Assembly: GCA_038885755.1 (NCBI GenBank)
Contig: JAVZZH010000002.1
Location: forward strand, 192,505-256,504
Source: Candidatus Caldarchaeum sp.
GTDB lineage: Archaea; Thermoproteota; Nitrososphaeria_A; Caldarchaeales; Caldarchaeaceae
Length of the DNA stretch: 64,000 bases
Direction of reading: 5' to 3'
Part shown: positions 1 through 9,908 of the stretch, in pieces
Layout: the number at the start of each line of letters is the position of its first letter
Numbering within the stretch: the first letter of the stretch is position 1
The notes under the pieces: generated by a model
The model's input: only the letters and a program-made list of their open reading frames with translations
Database searches by the model: none
What the model was told of the DNA's origin: nothing
Position numbers and translations under genes: made by a program

Positions 1-424
1 GCAGAGGCCTCGACTCGAGCACAAACACCTTCTCAACCCCGGCTGCTTTTTTAAGAATCTGGAGAACTGTTCCGCTGTGGCTAATCGTGCACACCGTCTT
101 GTGCTGCCCTAGTTCTGCAGCGGCTGTCTCAACAAGCCTCTCAGCAATCCCTCGGTAGGTTTTCTCAACCTCTTCACAAGCCTTCAGAAGCTCGCCGGCC
201 TCGAAACGCTTGACCCTGTTCAAGACCTCTACGCTGAAGCGGCGCACCAGAGGCATGGACGGCCTAGCGTTCTCAACCTCCTCAGCCAGCTTCAAAGCAT
301 CCAAGCTCAAGTCGCTGCTCTCAACAGCCAGCGCCCTGTACGCTTCTAAAACCTTCCAAGCAAGAGCCGTAGACCCGAGACGTCTCTCACGTCTGATCTC
401 GTCCACTATTCTGAAGGCCTTCAA
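1..424 (-). CDS. eIF-2B/ribose-1,5-bisphosphate isomerase family protein (3' end off window)
   Basis: Not in the ORF track. Manual translation from a TTG overlapping the upstream stop gives MKAFRIVDEIRRERRLGSTALA...ARPSMPLVR...TVCTISHSGTVLQIL...VFVLESRPL; RPSM, TxSxSxTV and ESRP are IF-2B family motifs. Confidence 0.75.
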   Translation of the reverse strand, partial: MKAFRIVDEIRRERRLGSTALAWKVLEAYRALAVESSDLSLDALKLAEEVENARPSMPLVRRFSVEVLNRVKRFEAGELLKACEEVEKTYRGIAERLVETAAAELGQHKTVCTISHSGTVLQILKKAAGVEKVFVLESRPL

Positions 425-1443
425 GGCGTGAGGATTATTTTGCCGAAGAAGGCGTCGGACTCCATCAGCCTGTGGGCTTCGGCGGCGTCCTTCAGCGGGA
501 GGGTTTTGTGGATTACGGGCTTGAGCAGGCCTTTCTCGAAGAGCTGGAGCACGTGCGGGATTTCATGCTTGTTCCAGCTGTATGAGCCTAGGAGGCTGAC
601 CTGTCTCCGGTATGTCTGGCGTATGTTGACGGCTGCGTTCTCGCCTGTCGTGGCTCCGAAAAACACCATCCTGCCTCCCGGGCTGAGACACTTCAAAGCC
701 TCGTCCCATACCGCTTGACCCGCATGCTCCACGACGATGTCAACGCCCTGCCCCCGCGTTATCTCGTTTACGGCTTGGCTTACGCTCTGCCTCCTCCTGT
801 TCACCACGTAGTCGGCTCCGAGCTGGAGTGCTTTATCAGCCTTCCAGTCATCCCCGACGGTAGCTATGACAGTCGACCCGAAAAGCTTGCAGAGCTGAAC
901 AGCAGCCACGCCCACGCCGCTTCCAGCCCCCACCACGAGCACGGTCGAGCCAGGCGTCAGGCCCGCTCTCGAGACCAACGCATGCCAGACAGTCATGTAG
1001 GCGACCATTATGCCGGCGGCCTCGTTCATGCTGAGTGTTTTGGGAACGGGGTGCAGGTTGGAGGCAGGGACGACTGTTTTCTCGGCGTACGTGCCGTCGG
1101 CTCCGAAGCCTAGGAGGCGGTGGCTTTCGCAGAGCGAGTCGTAGCCCTTCAGACAGAACCTGCACCTACCGCATGTGAGGGCGGGGTTTATGACCACGCG
1201 GTCGCCCTTCGCAACGTTCGAAACCTCCTCGCCGACCTCCTCCACGACTCCAGCGCCGTCCCCGCCTATGATGCGTGGCAGCTGAGGCTTGTAGACGCCG
1301 CTGCGTATCCAGATGTCTATCCTGTTCATCCCAGCTGCGTGAAGTCTTACAACAGCTTCTCCCCTGCCAGCCTGTCTATCGGGAACATCAACATACTTCA
1401 GAACTTCAGGAGGGCCGTGATGCTCCAGAACCACAGCCTTCAT
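421..1443 (-). CDS. Zinc-binding alcohol dehydrogenase / quinone oxidoreductase (MDR family)
   Basis: GGDGAGVV, structural Zn CGRCRFC..C, GAGSGVG NAD(P) motif, C-terminal GKIIL. Confidence 0.9.
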   Translation of the reverse strand: MKAVVLEHHGPPEVLKYVDVPDRQAGRGEAVVRLHAAGMNRIDIWIRSGVYKPQLPRIIGGDGAGVVEEVGEEVSNVAKGDRVVINPALTCGRCRFCLKGYDSLCESHRLLGFGADGTYAEKTVVPASNLHPVPKTLSMNEAAGIMVAYMTVWHALVSRAGLTPGSTVLVVGAGSGVGVAAVQLCKLFGSTVIATVGDDWKADKALQLGADYVVNRRRQSVSQAVNEITRGQGVDIVVEHAGQAVWDEALKCLSPGGRMVFFGATTGENAAVNIRQTYRRQVSLLGSYSWNKHEIPHVLQLFEKGLLKPVIHKTLPLKDAAEAHRLMESDAFFGKIILTP

Positions 1444-1531
1444 GAAGATTCATGGAAAACGCGTGGTTATAAGACTGTCTAGTGGTTTAGCATACACTAT
1501 TATTTTACGCCGGGCATGCGTGTCGGTGTTG

Positions 1532-2500
1532 ATGCGGCGGCCGCTGGTTTCTCTGGAGGATGTCGTGATGGTTTACAGGGTTAGGAGAGGGCTGCTCGGC
1601 TCGAGGATGGTTAGGGCTGTTGACGATGTCAGCCTTTCCGTCGACGAGGGGGAGGCTGTGGCGCTGGTGGGTGAGTCGGGGTGTGGGAAGACCACGGTCG
1701 GCAAGCTGAGCGTCAGGCTTCTCAAACCAACTTCCGGCCGCATATTCTACGACGGCGTCGACGTCTCCAACCTGCCTTCGGGAAAGCTGCAGAAGCTGAG
1801 GAGGGAGACGAGGATTATTTTCCAAGACCCCTACGCCAGCATCAACCCCTACATGACTGTGGGAGAAACCGTCGAGGAGCCGTTGACAACCCACGGAGTA
1901 AGAGACAAGCAGGAGAGGATGGAGCTTGTTCACAGGGCGCTTGAGGACGTCAGGCTTACTCCTCCGCAGGACTTTGCGGCCAAGTACCCCCACATGCTTT
2001 CCGGCGGCCAGCGCCAAAGAGTGGCGATCGCACGCGCGATCGTGCTCAAGCCCCGGTACATGGTGGCCGACGAGCCTGTGTCTATGGTCGACGCCTCCAG
2101 CAGGGCCGAGGTTCTGGAGGTTTTGAAAAGTCTCCAGACACGGCACCGTATAGCATTCCTCTACATCACCCACGACTTGGCTACGGCCCGCTACTTCTCC
2201 GACAGAATAGCCGTCATGTACCTCGGCAGGGTCGTGGAGATGGGCGGGGTTGAGGATGTTTTGGCGGATCCTCTTCACCCCTACACTCAAGCCCTCGTCG
2301 CATCTACCCCCGAGCCGGACCCGAGAAACAGGTTTGTCGAGAGGCCCGCGATAAAAGGCGAGCCTCCGTCGCCTCAGAACATTCCTTCAGGCTGCCGTTT
2401 TCATCCACGATGCCCGCAAGCCTTCAGCCGCTGCCCCCTAGAAGACCCTCTGCTCAGGGAGGTGGGCAGGGGCAGGTATGTGGCTTGTCATCTCTACTGA
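1532..2500 (+). CDS. Oligopeptide/dipeptide ABC transporter ATP-binding subunit (OppF/DppF-like)
   Basis: Walker A GESGCGKT, LSGGQRQR, ADEP, C-terminal GCRFHPRCP...VACHL. Start moved to ATG 1532 (ORF track 1442). Confidence 0.92.
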   Translation: MRRPLVSLEDVVMVYRVRRGLLGSRMVRAVDDVSLSVDEGEAVALVGESGCGKTTVGKLSVRLLKPTSGRIFYDGVDVSNLPSGKLQKLRRETRIIFQDPYASINPYMTVGETVEEPLTTHGVRDKQERMELVHRALEDVRLTPPQDFAAKYPHMLSGGQRQRVAIARAIVLKPRYMVADEPVSMVDASSRAEVLEVLKSLQTRHRIAFLYITHDLATARYFSDRIAVMYLGRVVEMGGVEDVLADPLHPYTQALVASTPEPDPRNRFVERPAIKGEPPSPQNIPSGCRFHPRCPQAFSRCPLEDPLLREVGRGRYVACHLY

Positions 2501-2506
2501 TCATGG

Positions 2507-3184
2507 TCAGCCTGCGGCGTCGGACACGGGTTGCTGCGAGCCTTCGCCGGTCTTCTCCTGCTTTCTGGCTAGGTTTTTCAGAGCGTCTGACGTAGCGTAC
2601 CCGGTGTAAAGTAGAGCCGCGCCCAGCACAGCCAAGCCTAGAGCAGTCCACGGAACCCGTTCAACCTCGACGACCCTAGCATCGACCACGGTAGCCAGCT
2701 TCTCGGACATAACCGTGTTCGTCTGGAAGTTGACGACGGTCTGGGTTTCGGTAATCCTCTGCGTGACCGTCGCAGTAACAGTCTGGGTGACGATTTTAGG
2801 CTTCAGAACCGACACGGTCAGTGTATAGGTTCCAGACTCGCCGAACCCACGAACCACGACGTAGTAGGGGCCTCTTTCAGCCGCAACATGCTCCACGGCG
2901 TCCGTAGCACCAGGCCCTCGACGGCTCTGTTCAGCCAGTTCTCTCAACGGGTTCAGCAAATACAGGTCGAAGTCTTGGTTGGCGGCCATCCTCAACATGA
3001 CCACAACAACATCACCCGGCTCTAGAACCACCTTGAAGAAGTGGATTTCACCCCGACCTAGGTAGAACGAGTACGTGCCGGGGGACAGCTCGAGGGCTGA
3101 GCTGAAACCAACTCCCGGAACCACAGGCTGAGCCGAGACAGAGGCCACGGCCAGAAGAGCTACAGCGAGTGGAATGATCTTCAT
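2507..3184 (-). CDS. Membrane-anchored surface protein with PPC (pre-peptidase C-terminal)-like domain
   Basis: Signal peptide, DFDLYLLNP...GPYYVVVRG PPC-like pattern, Thr-rich linker, C-terminal TM helix. Confidence 0.7.
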   Translation of the reverse strand: MKIIPLAVALLAVASVSAQPVVPGVGFSSALELSPGTYSFYLGRGEIHFFKVVLEPGDVVVVMLRMAANQDFDLYLLNPLRELAEQSRRGPGATDAVEHVAAERGPYYVVVRGFGESGTYTLTVSVLKPKIVTQTVTATVTQRITETQTVVNFQTNTVMSEKLATVVDARVVEVERVPWTALGLAVLGAALLYTGYATSDALKNLARKQEKTGEGSQQPVSDAAG

Positions 3185-3281
3185 CTCGTCTTCTTCGTTT
3201 GAACGGCTTATAAGTTTTTAAACACGTGCGGCGAAGTATTTTTGGAAAAACTTATTTAGCCTATTCAAGCATTCAGACAGC

Positions 3282-5465
3282 ATGAGGACTTTATCCATCC
3301 TGCTGCTGTCCATACTGATTGTCTCGTCTCTAACGGTTGTTGACGGGGCTGAGTGGGGCGAGGAGTTTGCGGAGAGGGGTCCTTCTGCGAAGCTCTTTCG
3401 TTCCTCCGAGTTTTTAGGCGAGCGTATTTCGGGCGGGGCTGCTTACCGTCTGGGAGCGGGGTTCAAGGAGCGCGAGTTTGAGGGTTTCCAGCCGCCAGCA
3501 GCCGAGGCGGCTAAGCCTCAGGGCCCGTTGATCAACATACCCTACAGGTCGCCGACAGCCAAGTTCAGCCGAAACGTCGTGATAACATACGACATAGGCA
3601 ACAGGCCCTACCAGAACGAGCCACACATAGCCGTCAACCCCAGCAACCCCGACCACGTCGTCATGGTGTCCCACGACTTCGACGTCTCATGCGCAGTCTC
3701 CTACGTCAGCTTCGACGGCGGAGAGACTTGGCGAGGCCCCGGCATGCCTGCGCCCGGTCCAGAGGACAGCTTCTGCAGCGACCCTGTCGTGGCTTTCGGC
3801 AGGGATGGAACCGTTTACTACACGCTCCTGTCGATTGGAAGCAGGCCGCTGAGGATCGGCCGCCTGCTTTTTGAGACGGATGTTGCGAGCGTAGCTGTCT
3901 CGGTCTCCAAGGACGGTGGGTTGAGCTGGAGCTATCCCTACGTGGCTTCAAGAGGCCGTGTCCTGCCCGCAGCCGACAGGGCGGCCGTGCTTTTCCTCGA
4001 CAAGCCGTGGATGGCTGTAGGGCCCGACAGAGCCGACCCAGCCAAGGACGCCATATACGTCACGTACACCGAGTTCAGGACAATCTACCCGTTCCTGGAC
4101 TTCTACCCGTTCGTCGGAGAGCCGACCGTCGAGGTTTCGATAAAGCTGGTCAAGTCGACTGATGGAGGCGTGTCCTGGACGAGCCCCGTGGCTGTCAGCC
4201 CGGTGTTCAGCGGTCTGGCGGGAGACGAGGACGCCCGGCTTGTTCAGGGCAGCAACGTGCATGTCGCGAGGGATGGGACGGTCTACGTGGCTTACTACGA
4301 CTCGCTCGACGACGGCCCGTTCAAAGGATTGTTTACACCCATGGTTACTGTCTCGAGGGACGGAGGCCGAACTTGGTCAAAACCCTCCCCCGTCGTCCCC
4401 GGAGGCACCTGGGAGCAGCCTTTCTTCCTCACCCCGACCTACTTCCGCTCATGGGCCTCTATGTTTCCCGTGATTGGAACAAACCCCCAGAACACCAACG
4501 AGGTCTACATCGTCTTCGGCGCCATGGGCAGAGACCCCGGAGACCTGTCCGACGTCTACTTCTCGAGGTCGACTGACGGCGGAACCACCTGGTCTAGACC
4601 GCGGAGAATCAACGACGACCTAACCCTCCGCAACCAGTTCTTCCCAACCATGACTGTATCACCCAACGGCACAATCCACGTCATATGGGGGGACATGCGG
4701 GACGACCCCGACAACTACCGCTATCACATCTACTACACGCGCTCCGGCAACAGGGGAGAGACCTTCATGGAGAACTCACGAGTGACCGACTACCCGTCCA
4801 ACCCCGCATACGGTATAGCCAGCTTCGTCGGCGACTACTGGGGGATAACCGCCACGAACGACGACGTCTACATGGTTTGGACTGATTCGAGGGCCGGGTT
4901 CAGAGGAGCCCCCAACCAAGACATAGCGTTCGCCAGGCTGAGGCCCGTGAGGTCTCCCAGCATCTTCGTAAGCCCGCCGCAGGGCCCGGCCGGTCAGGTG
5001 ATATCGATCGTCGGCGATGGTTTTGCAGCACGTCAGCACGAGGTTTTCATCGAGGTTGACGGTGTCGTGATTTCCTCGTTCCCAACCGATGGTGCTGGAA
5101 GGTTCACCGCAACGATCTTCGTGCCGGTTTCAGGCGAGGGAGCGCACACAATCAGGGCGATAGATGTTCTGGGCAACGTGGCTGAGTCCACCTACTACAC
5201 GAGCTTCGGCTTCAACAACATCAGAGACCAGCTCAGCGCGGTCAACGAGCAGCTGAGCCGGCGAATAGACCAAGTCCAGCAGGCCATGCCCAAAGAGGTT
5301 GACGTCAACAAGTTAGCCGACCTCGTAGCTGAGCGGTTAAGGCCTTCGCTTGCCCAGAGCCAGTCGAGCCAGATGGCTGAGATAGCCCTAGGAATAGCCG
5401 TCGTCGCAGTCGCGGTAGCCGCGGGCGCTATCGTCCTGCCCAGCAGAAGGGTGAAGACCAAATGA
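3282..5465 (+). CDS. Sialidase-family / BNR (Asp-box) beta-propeller surface protein
   Basis: Signal peptide; Asp-boxes SFDGGETW, SKDGGLSW, STDGGVSW, SRDGGRTW, STDGGTTW, SGNRGETF; FVGDY; C-terminal TM plus basic tail. Confidence 0.85.
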   Translation: MRTLSILLLSILIVSSLTVVDGAEWGEEFAERGPSAKLFRSSEFLGERISGGAAYRLGAGFKEREFEGFQPPAAEAAKPQGPLINIPYRSPTAKFSRNVVITYDIGNRPYQNEPHIAVNPSNPDHVVMVSHDFDVSCAVSYVSFDGGETWRGPGMPAPGPEDSFCSDPVVAFGRDGTVYYTLLSIGSRPLRIGRLLFETDVASVAVSVSKDGGLSWSYPYVASRGRVLPAADRAAVLFLDKPWMAVGPDRADPAKDAIYVTYTEFRTIYPFLDFYPFVGEPTVEVSIKLVKSTDGGVSWTSPVAVSPVFSGLAGDEDARLVQGSNVHVARDGTVYVAYYDSLDDGPFKGLFTPMVTVSRDGGRTWSKPSPVVPGGTWEQPFFLTPTYFRSWASMFPVIGTNPQNTNEVYIVFGAMGRDPGDLSDVYFSRSTDGGTTWSRPRRINDDLTLRNQFFPTMTVSPNGTIHVIWGDMRDDPDNYRYHIYYTRSGNRGETFMENSRVTDYPSNPAYGIASFVGDYWGITATNDDVYMVWTDSRAGFRGAPNQDIAFARLRPVRSPSIFVSPPQGPAGQVISIVGDGFAARQHEVFIEVDGVVISSFPTDGAGRFTATIFVPVSGEGAHTIRAIDVLGNVAESTYYTSFGFNNIRDQLSAVNEQLSRRIDQVQQAMPKEVDVNKLADLVAERLRPSLAQSQSSQMAEIALGIAVVAVAVAAGAIVLPSRRVKTK

Positions 5466-7987
5466 GGAAAACCGTAGCCGCAGCCATAGCTCTCGTGTTC
5501 GCGCTCACGCTGTTCACCCCGTCCCAAGCCCAGCAATACACCCCGCCACACGACAAGCCCGGCCCCGCAGTCGAAACCGTGAGGGTGAAGGCTTACGCTG
5601 AGGAGATAGCTCCTCAGGCTCTCGAGAGGGGAGACATGGACATCTATCTCTACAGCATGCGGGTCTCTAGGCTGGCGGCTCTGGAGAGAAACCCCGACAT
5701 AACGATGGTGAGGGCGCCTTCTCTACTGCTCTCTCTCATCCTGAACCCGGCACCGGACCGGAGAGGCTTAAACCCCTTCAGCCTGAAGGAAGTTAGGCAG
5801 GCCTTCCAATATCTAGTTGACAGGGATTTCGTCGTCAGAGAGCTCTACCGAGGGCTGGCCACCCCCATGACCTCCCACCTAACCCCCTACGACTACGACT
5901 ACGCCCTCTTCTTCCAGCAGATCCTCGACGCGGGAATAAGGTACGACCCCGAGCGGGCCGACAGGCTGATCACCAACGCTCTGACGGGGGCTGGGGCTGT
6001 CAAGAGGGATGGGAAATGGTATTACGGAGACAAGCCGATAACCATCAAGTTCATCATAAGAACCGAGGACGAGCGGCGTGAGATAGGCGACCTAGTGGCT
6101 TCGGAGCTTGAGAAGACAGGGTTCACCGTCGAGCGGGTATACCTGCCTTTCGCTCAGGCAGTGGCGCGGGTATACACGACAGACCCTCAGGAGTTCCAGT
6201 GGCATGTTTACACCGAGGGATGGGGCAGGGGGGCTTTAGAGAAGTACGACACTTCGTCGGTCAACCAGTTCTGCGCCCCGTGGCTGGGCAACATGCCCGG
6301 CTGGCAGGAGCTCGGCTTCTGGCAGTACTCGAACCAGCTGCTCGACGACGTGGGCCAGAAGATCTTCAAGGGGCTGTACAGCGGCCGTGAGGAGAGGGAC
6401 AGGCTGTACCTACAGGCCTTGCGGGAATGCATGTCGGAGTCTGTGAGGGTCTGGGTGGCCGTGGTCATGCAGAGCACTCCGCTGGCCAAGAACATGGCTG
6501 GAATTACAGAGGACTTGGCGGCTGGAGCCCGTGGGCTGTGGACGCTGAGGGAGGCGCACCTACCGGGTAAAGACGTGCTTAACGTGGGCCATCTATGGGT
6601 TTGGACGCCGCGCTCCGTCTGGAACCCTGTCGGAGGCTTCGGCGACGTCTACAGCGCCGACCTCTGGAGAGCTGTCTCAGACCCATCGATAGCAAGACAT
6701 CCATTCACAGGCCTTCCAATCCCGTTCAGAGCACGGTACTCGGTCGAGACAGCCGGGCCGACAAGCACTCTCGCAGTTCCGGCGGATGCATTTACTTGGG
6801 ATGCGGCGGCAAAAGCATGGAGGAACGTGCCCTCCGGGACACGGGCCGTGAGCAAGGTTGTCTTCGACTACTCCCTATACACCTCGTCAAAATGGCATCA
6901 CGGCATCCCCATAACCATGGCCGACGTGCTCTACAGGATCTACCAGACCTACGACCTAGCCTACGACGACGTCAAATCAAGAATCGAGTTCGCCATCGCC
7001 TCCACCTCCAAACCCATCTTGGAGACATTCAAGGGCTTCAGAATACTCGACCAGAACAGGCTCGAGGTCTACGTCGACTACTGGAACTTCGAGCCGGACT
7101 ACATAGCGGAGTACGCCGATGTCTTCGGCGGCGGGATGCCGTGGGAGCTCTTGGCTGTCTGCGACGACTTGGTGTTCAACCGAAGGCTGGCAACATACAG
7201 CGACACGGCTGCTGCAAGGTTCAGAGTAGACCAGCTCAACCTCGTGCTACGGGAGCATGTGAGCCTAGTAAGGCTGTCGCTCAACGACTTCATCTCGAAA
7301 ACACAGTTCCCAGCCAACATATTCACGGTGAACGGAAAATCCTACGAAACACGGGAGGGCGCTCTGACGAGGTACAGGGCGCTGCTCAACTGGGTTAACA
7401 CCAACAACCTAGCCGTCGTAAGCAACGGGCCCTACATCCTAGCAGTCTTCGACCCCGCCTCGCAGTACGCCGAGCTCAGAGCCTACAGAGACCCGTCTTA
7501 CCCCTTCAAACCCGGCAAATGGTATTTCGGAACCGTCGACAAGCCAAGGCTGCAGAAAGTCGAGGGCTTCGTCGTCGTGGGCAGCGACTCCAAGATTAGG
7601 CTGAGCACGGCGGGACGTGGAACGCTAAGCGTCTCCTACGTTGTGAAGGACTTGGCCACCGGCTCGTTGGTTGACTCGGGTGGTGGAAGGGCTGCTGGAG
7701 GGGTTTTCGAGATAAATCTGCCGGCTTCGAAGACCTCTCAGCTGTCTCCCGGATTTCTGGAGCTCACAGTCGTTGTTTTCAGCGACGAGGTGGCGCAGGC
7801 CTTCAGCTCCACCGAGCGGGTTGAGGTCAGGAGGGCCGCAGCCACTGAGACGAGGCCGACGCCCGCCCAGACAACCGTGGTCCAGACACCTGCCGAGCAG
7901 CCTCAGCAGCTACCCCTCGGCTTGATAATAGCCGTGGCAGGCGTCTTAGCAGTAGCCGTAGCCGTGTTCATCCTGAGAAGACGCTAG
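5462..7987 (+). CDS. Peptide ABC transporter substrate-binding protein (family 5), C-terminally anchored
   Basis: LNPF...EVRQAFQYLVDRDFVVRELYRG, WHHGIPITMADV, SNGPY; signal peptide; TM plus RRR tail; ATGA overlap with the upstream gene. Confidence 0.88.
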   Translation: MRKTVAAAIALVFALTLFTPSQAQQYTPPHDKPGPAVETVRVKAYAEEIAPQALERGDMDIYLYSMRVSRLAALERNPDITMVRAPSLLLSLILNPAPDRRGLNPFSLKEVRQAFQYLVDRDFVVRELYRGLATPMTSHLTPYDYDYALFFQQILDAGIRYDPERADRLITNALTGAGAVKRDGKWYYGDKPITIKFIIRTEDERREIGDLVASELEKTGFTVERVYLPFAQAVARVYTTDPQEFQWHVYTEGWGRGALEKYDTSSVNQFCAPWLGNMPGWQELGFWQYSNQLLDDVGQKIFKGLYSGREERDRLYLQALRECMSESVRVWVAVVMQSTPLAKNMAGITEDLAAGARGLWTLREAHLPGKDVLNVGHLWVWTPRSVWNPVGGFGDVYSADLWRAVSDPSIARHPFTGLPIPFRARYSVETAGPTSTLAVPADAFTWDAAAKAWRNVPSGTRAVSKVVFDYSLYTSSKWHHGIPITMADVLYRIYQTYDLAYDDVKSRIEFAIASTSKPILETFKGFRILDQNRLEVYVDYWNFEPDYIAEYADVFGGGMPWELLAVCDDLVFNRRLATYSDTAAARFRVDQLNLVLREHVSLVRLSLNDFISKTQFPANIFTVNGKSYETREGALTRYRALLNWVNTNNLAVVSNGPYILAVFDPASQYAELRAYRDPSYPFKPGKWYFGTVDKPRLQKVEGFVVVGSDSKIRLSTAGRGTLSVSYVVKDLATGSLVDSGGGRAAGGVFEINLPASKTSQLSPGFLELTVVVFSDEVAQAFSSTERVEVRRAAATETRPTPAQTTVVQTPAEQPQQLPLGLIIAVAGVLAVAVAVFILRRR

Positions 7988-8724
7988 TCCTCCAGAGCCC
8001 TAATCAGAGAGTCGATGTGGCCGATAACCACGAGCATAACCTCCTGCGCGAACTGTTCCGCAGCGTTGCCGTAGTTCTCGACGCCGGGCGGGGCGTTCAG
8101 CTGCCAGTCAACCCACAGCGGACACCAAGCTATTATCTCCTGCCTCGATAAGCCGGTCAACGGAGGGAAGCGGTCGAGCCAGTCGAAGTAGAGGTCGAGG
8201 TTCGCCAGCACTTCGTCGACGGTGTTGACTAGGTTTGGGCTGCTCTTCAAAGCCAGCGCCCTCGTCTCGTTCCAGTACTGTCTAGCGCCCTCCCTGTCTC
8301 CCGGCGGCCCTGACCTGAGCCAGCTGACCAGCACTCTGTCGTTTTCGAGAAGCGTGAGAACGTTCTTCACACGCTCAACCCTGCTGCGGAGCTGGCTGAG
8401 CTCGCCGCTCACAGAAGCCAGCTGCGAAGAGGTTTCTCCAGCCTGTCTCTCCATCGACGTAAGCCTATCGCTGAGCTGTCTAGCCCTGTTTTCAGCGTTC
8501 TCGAGCAGCGTCTGCAGGCTCCTGTAGTCCGACTCCAGCCTAGAGAGCCTGTTGCTCGCCTCCGTCAGACGGTTCTGCAGCTGGGTGTTTTGTTCTCTCA
8601 AATCCTTCACAAGGCTCTGATACCGTGCGTCAATATCAGCCAGCACCATGCTGTAGTACGTCGCCGCCGCAGCCGCCCCCAGAAACAAGGACAGGACAAC
8701 GGCAACTGTCAGGACATACTTCAT
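7984..8724 (-). CDS. Hypothetical membrane-anchored coiled-coil protein
   Basis: N-terminal TM followed by a heptad-rich segment. Confidence 0.7.
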   Translation of the reverse strand: MKYVLTVAVVLSLFLGAAAAATYYSMVLADIDARYQSLVKDLREQNTQLQNRLTEASNRLSRLESDYRSLQTLLENAENRARQLSDRLTSMERQAGETSSQLASVSGELSQLRSRVERVKNVLTLLENDRVLVSWLRSGPPGDREGARQYWNETRALALKSSPNLVNTVDEVLANLDLYFDWLDRFPPLTGLSRQEIIAWCPLWVDWQLNAPPGVENYGNAAEQFAQEVMLVVIGHIDSLIRALED

Positions 8725-8763
8725 TTACGCATATCACAAACCCTCCTGCTTATAATCCTTCTG

Positions 8764-9816
8764 TCAAACCCTAACCCTGGGGTCGAGGACGACTATCAAG
8801 ACCTCCACCACGAACCTAGCACCTATGTAGATGAGGGTGTACATGAATGTCAGAGCCACCACGAGACCCTCGTCGAAGGCTGAGACAGCTTCGTAGTATA
8901 GACGACCCATCCCAGGCCAGTTGAACACGGTCTCCGTGAGTATGGCTCCGCCTATCGACCCGGCTACTGCGAAGACGACGTTCGTGGCTATCGGAGGCGC
9001 TGCTGGCCTCAAGATGTACCGGCGGCGTATCAGGCTCTCGGGCAAGCCCTTGGCCTTCGCCACCTGAACAAAGTCTTCTTGAGCTATGTTGAGGACTATC
9101 GTCCTGGAAACGTAGGCCCATCCGCCCACCACCACGACCACGAGCGTCGCCACGGGGAGGAATGCATGCCACAGCAGGTCGAGGACCTTGGCCAACGGCT
9201 CGGCTGGAGGAGGTGCGCTGAAAAGCCCTCCTGCGGGGAAGATCCTCCAGTAGTAGTAAAAGACGAGGATCATCAAAATCCCCGTCCACCACGACGGGAG
9301 CGCGTAGGATGCGGCTGCGAGGTAGGCGAGCGACCTGTCGAACAAGCTTCCACGCCGATAGGCAGCCCTCATCCCTAAGTTGATTCCAACGGCTGCGCTA
9401 ATGACCACCGCCGTCGTGACAAGCATAACCGTGTAGGGAACTCTCTCGAGTATGATGTCGGCGACTTTGCGGCTTCCAGCGAACGAGGTTATCGTCCTCG
9501 AGTACCCCAAGTCCAGCGTCAGGACACGGGCCACCATGGCGGGGATGCGTTCGAACCAAGGCCTGTTCAAGCCGTAGGACTCCTCCAGCTCCTTCCTGTA
9601 CTGCAGCAGGGCGTTCTCCAGCTCGACTGGGTCTCGGATACGCTGTGAAAGCGTCTGTCTGACCGTCCTCAGCTCCTCGCTGACGTACGCCGACAACATC
9701 CTGTCGCTCACTCCCGTTGCGCCCAAAACAACCACGACCATCACCAGAACGCTGACCAAAACCAAGCCAAGCGTCAGCGCCTTGACGGCTAGGGAACGCC
9801 AGACGCCCATAACCAC
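8764..9816 (-). CDS. Peptide ABC transporter permease (OppB/DppB-like)
   Basis: DLGYS, EDFVQVAKAKGL (EAA loop), ETVFNWPGMG, C-terminal LDPRVR. Confidence 0.92.
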   Translation of the reverse strand: MVMGVWRSLAVKALTLGLVLVSVLVMVVVVLGATGVSDRMLSAYVSEELRTVRQTLSQRIRDPVELENALLQYRKELEESYGLNRPWFERIPAMVARVLTLDLGYSRTITSFAGSRKVADIILERVPYTVMLVTTAVVISAAVGINLGMRAAYRRGSLFDRSLAYLAAASYALPSWWTGILMILVFYYYWRIFPAGGLFSAPPPAEPLAKVLDLLWHAFLPVATLVVVVVGGWAYVSRTIVLNIAQEDFVQVAKAKGLPESLIRRRYILRPAAPPIATNVVFAVAGSIGGAILTETVFNWPGMGRLYYEAVSAFDEGLVVALTFMYTLIYIGARFVVEVLIVVLDPRVRV

Positions 9817-9908
9817 AGCATCCCGCGATTGTATATAACTTAAGCTATCTGCAACACCGCTGCGAATGATTGATGAAGCTCTTGGCCTGTGTTTCTAGCC
9901 GTAGGCGT

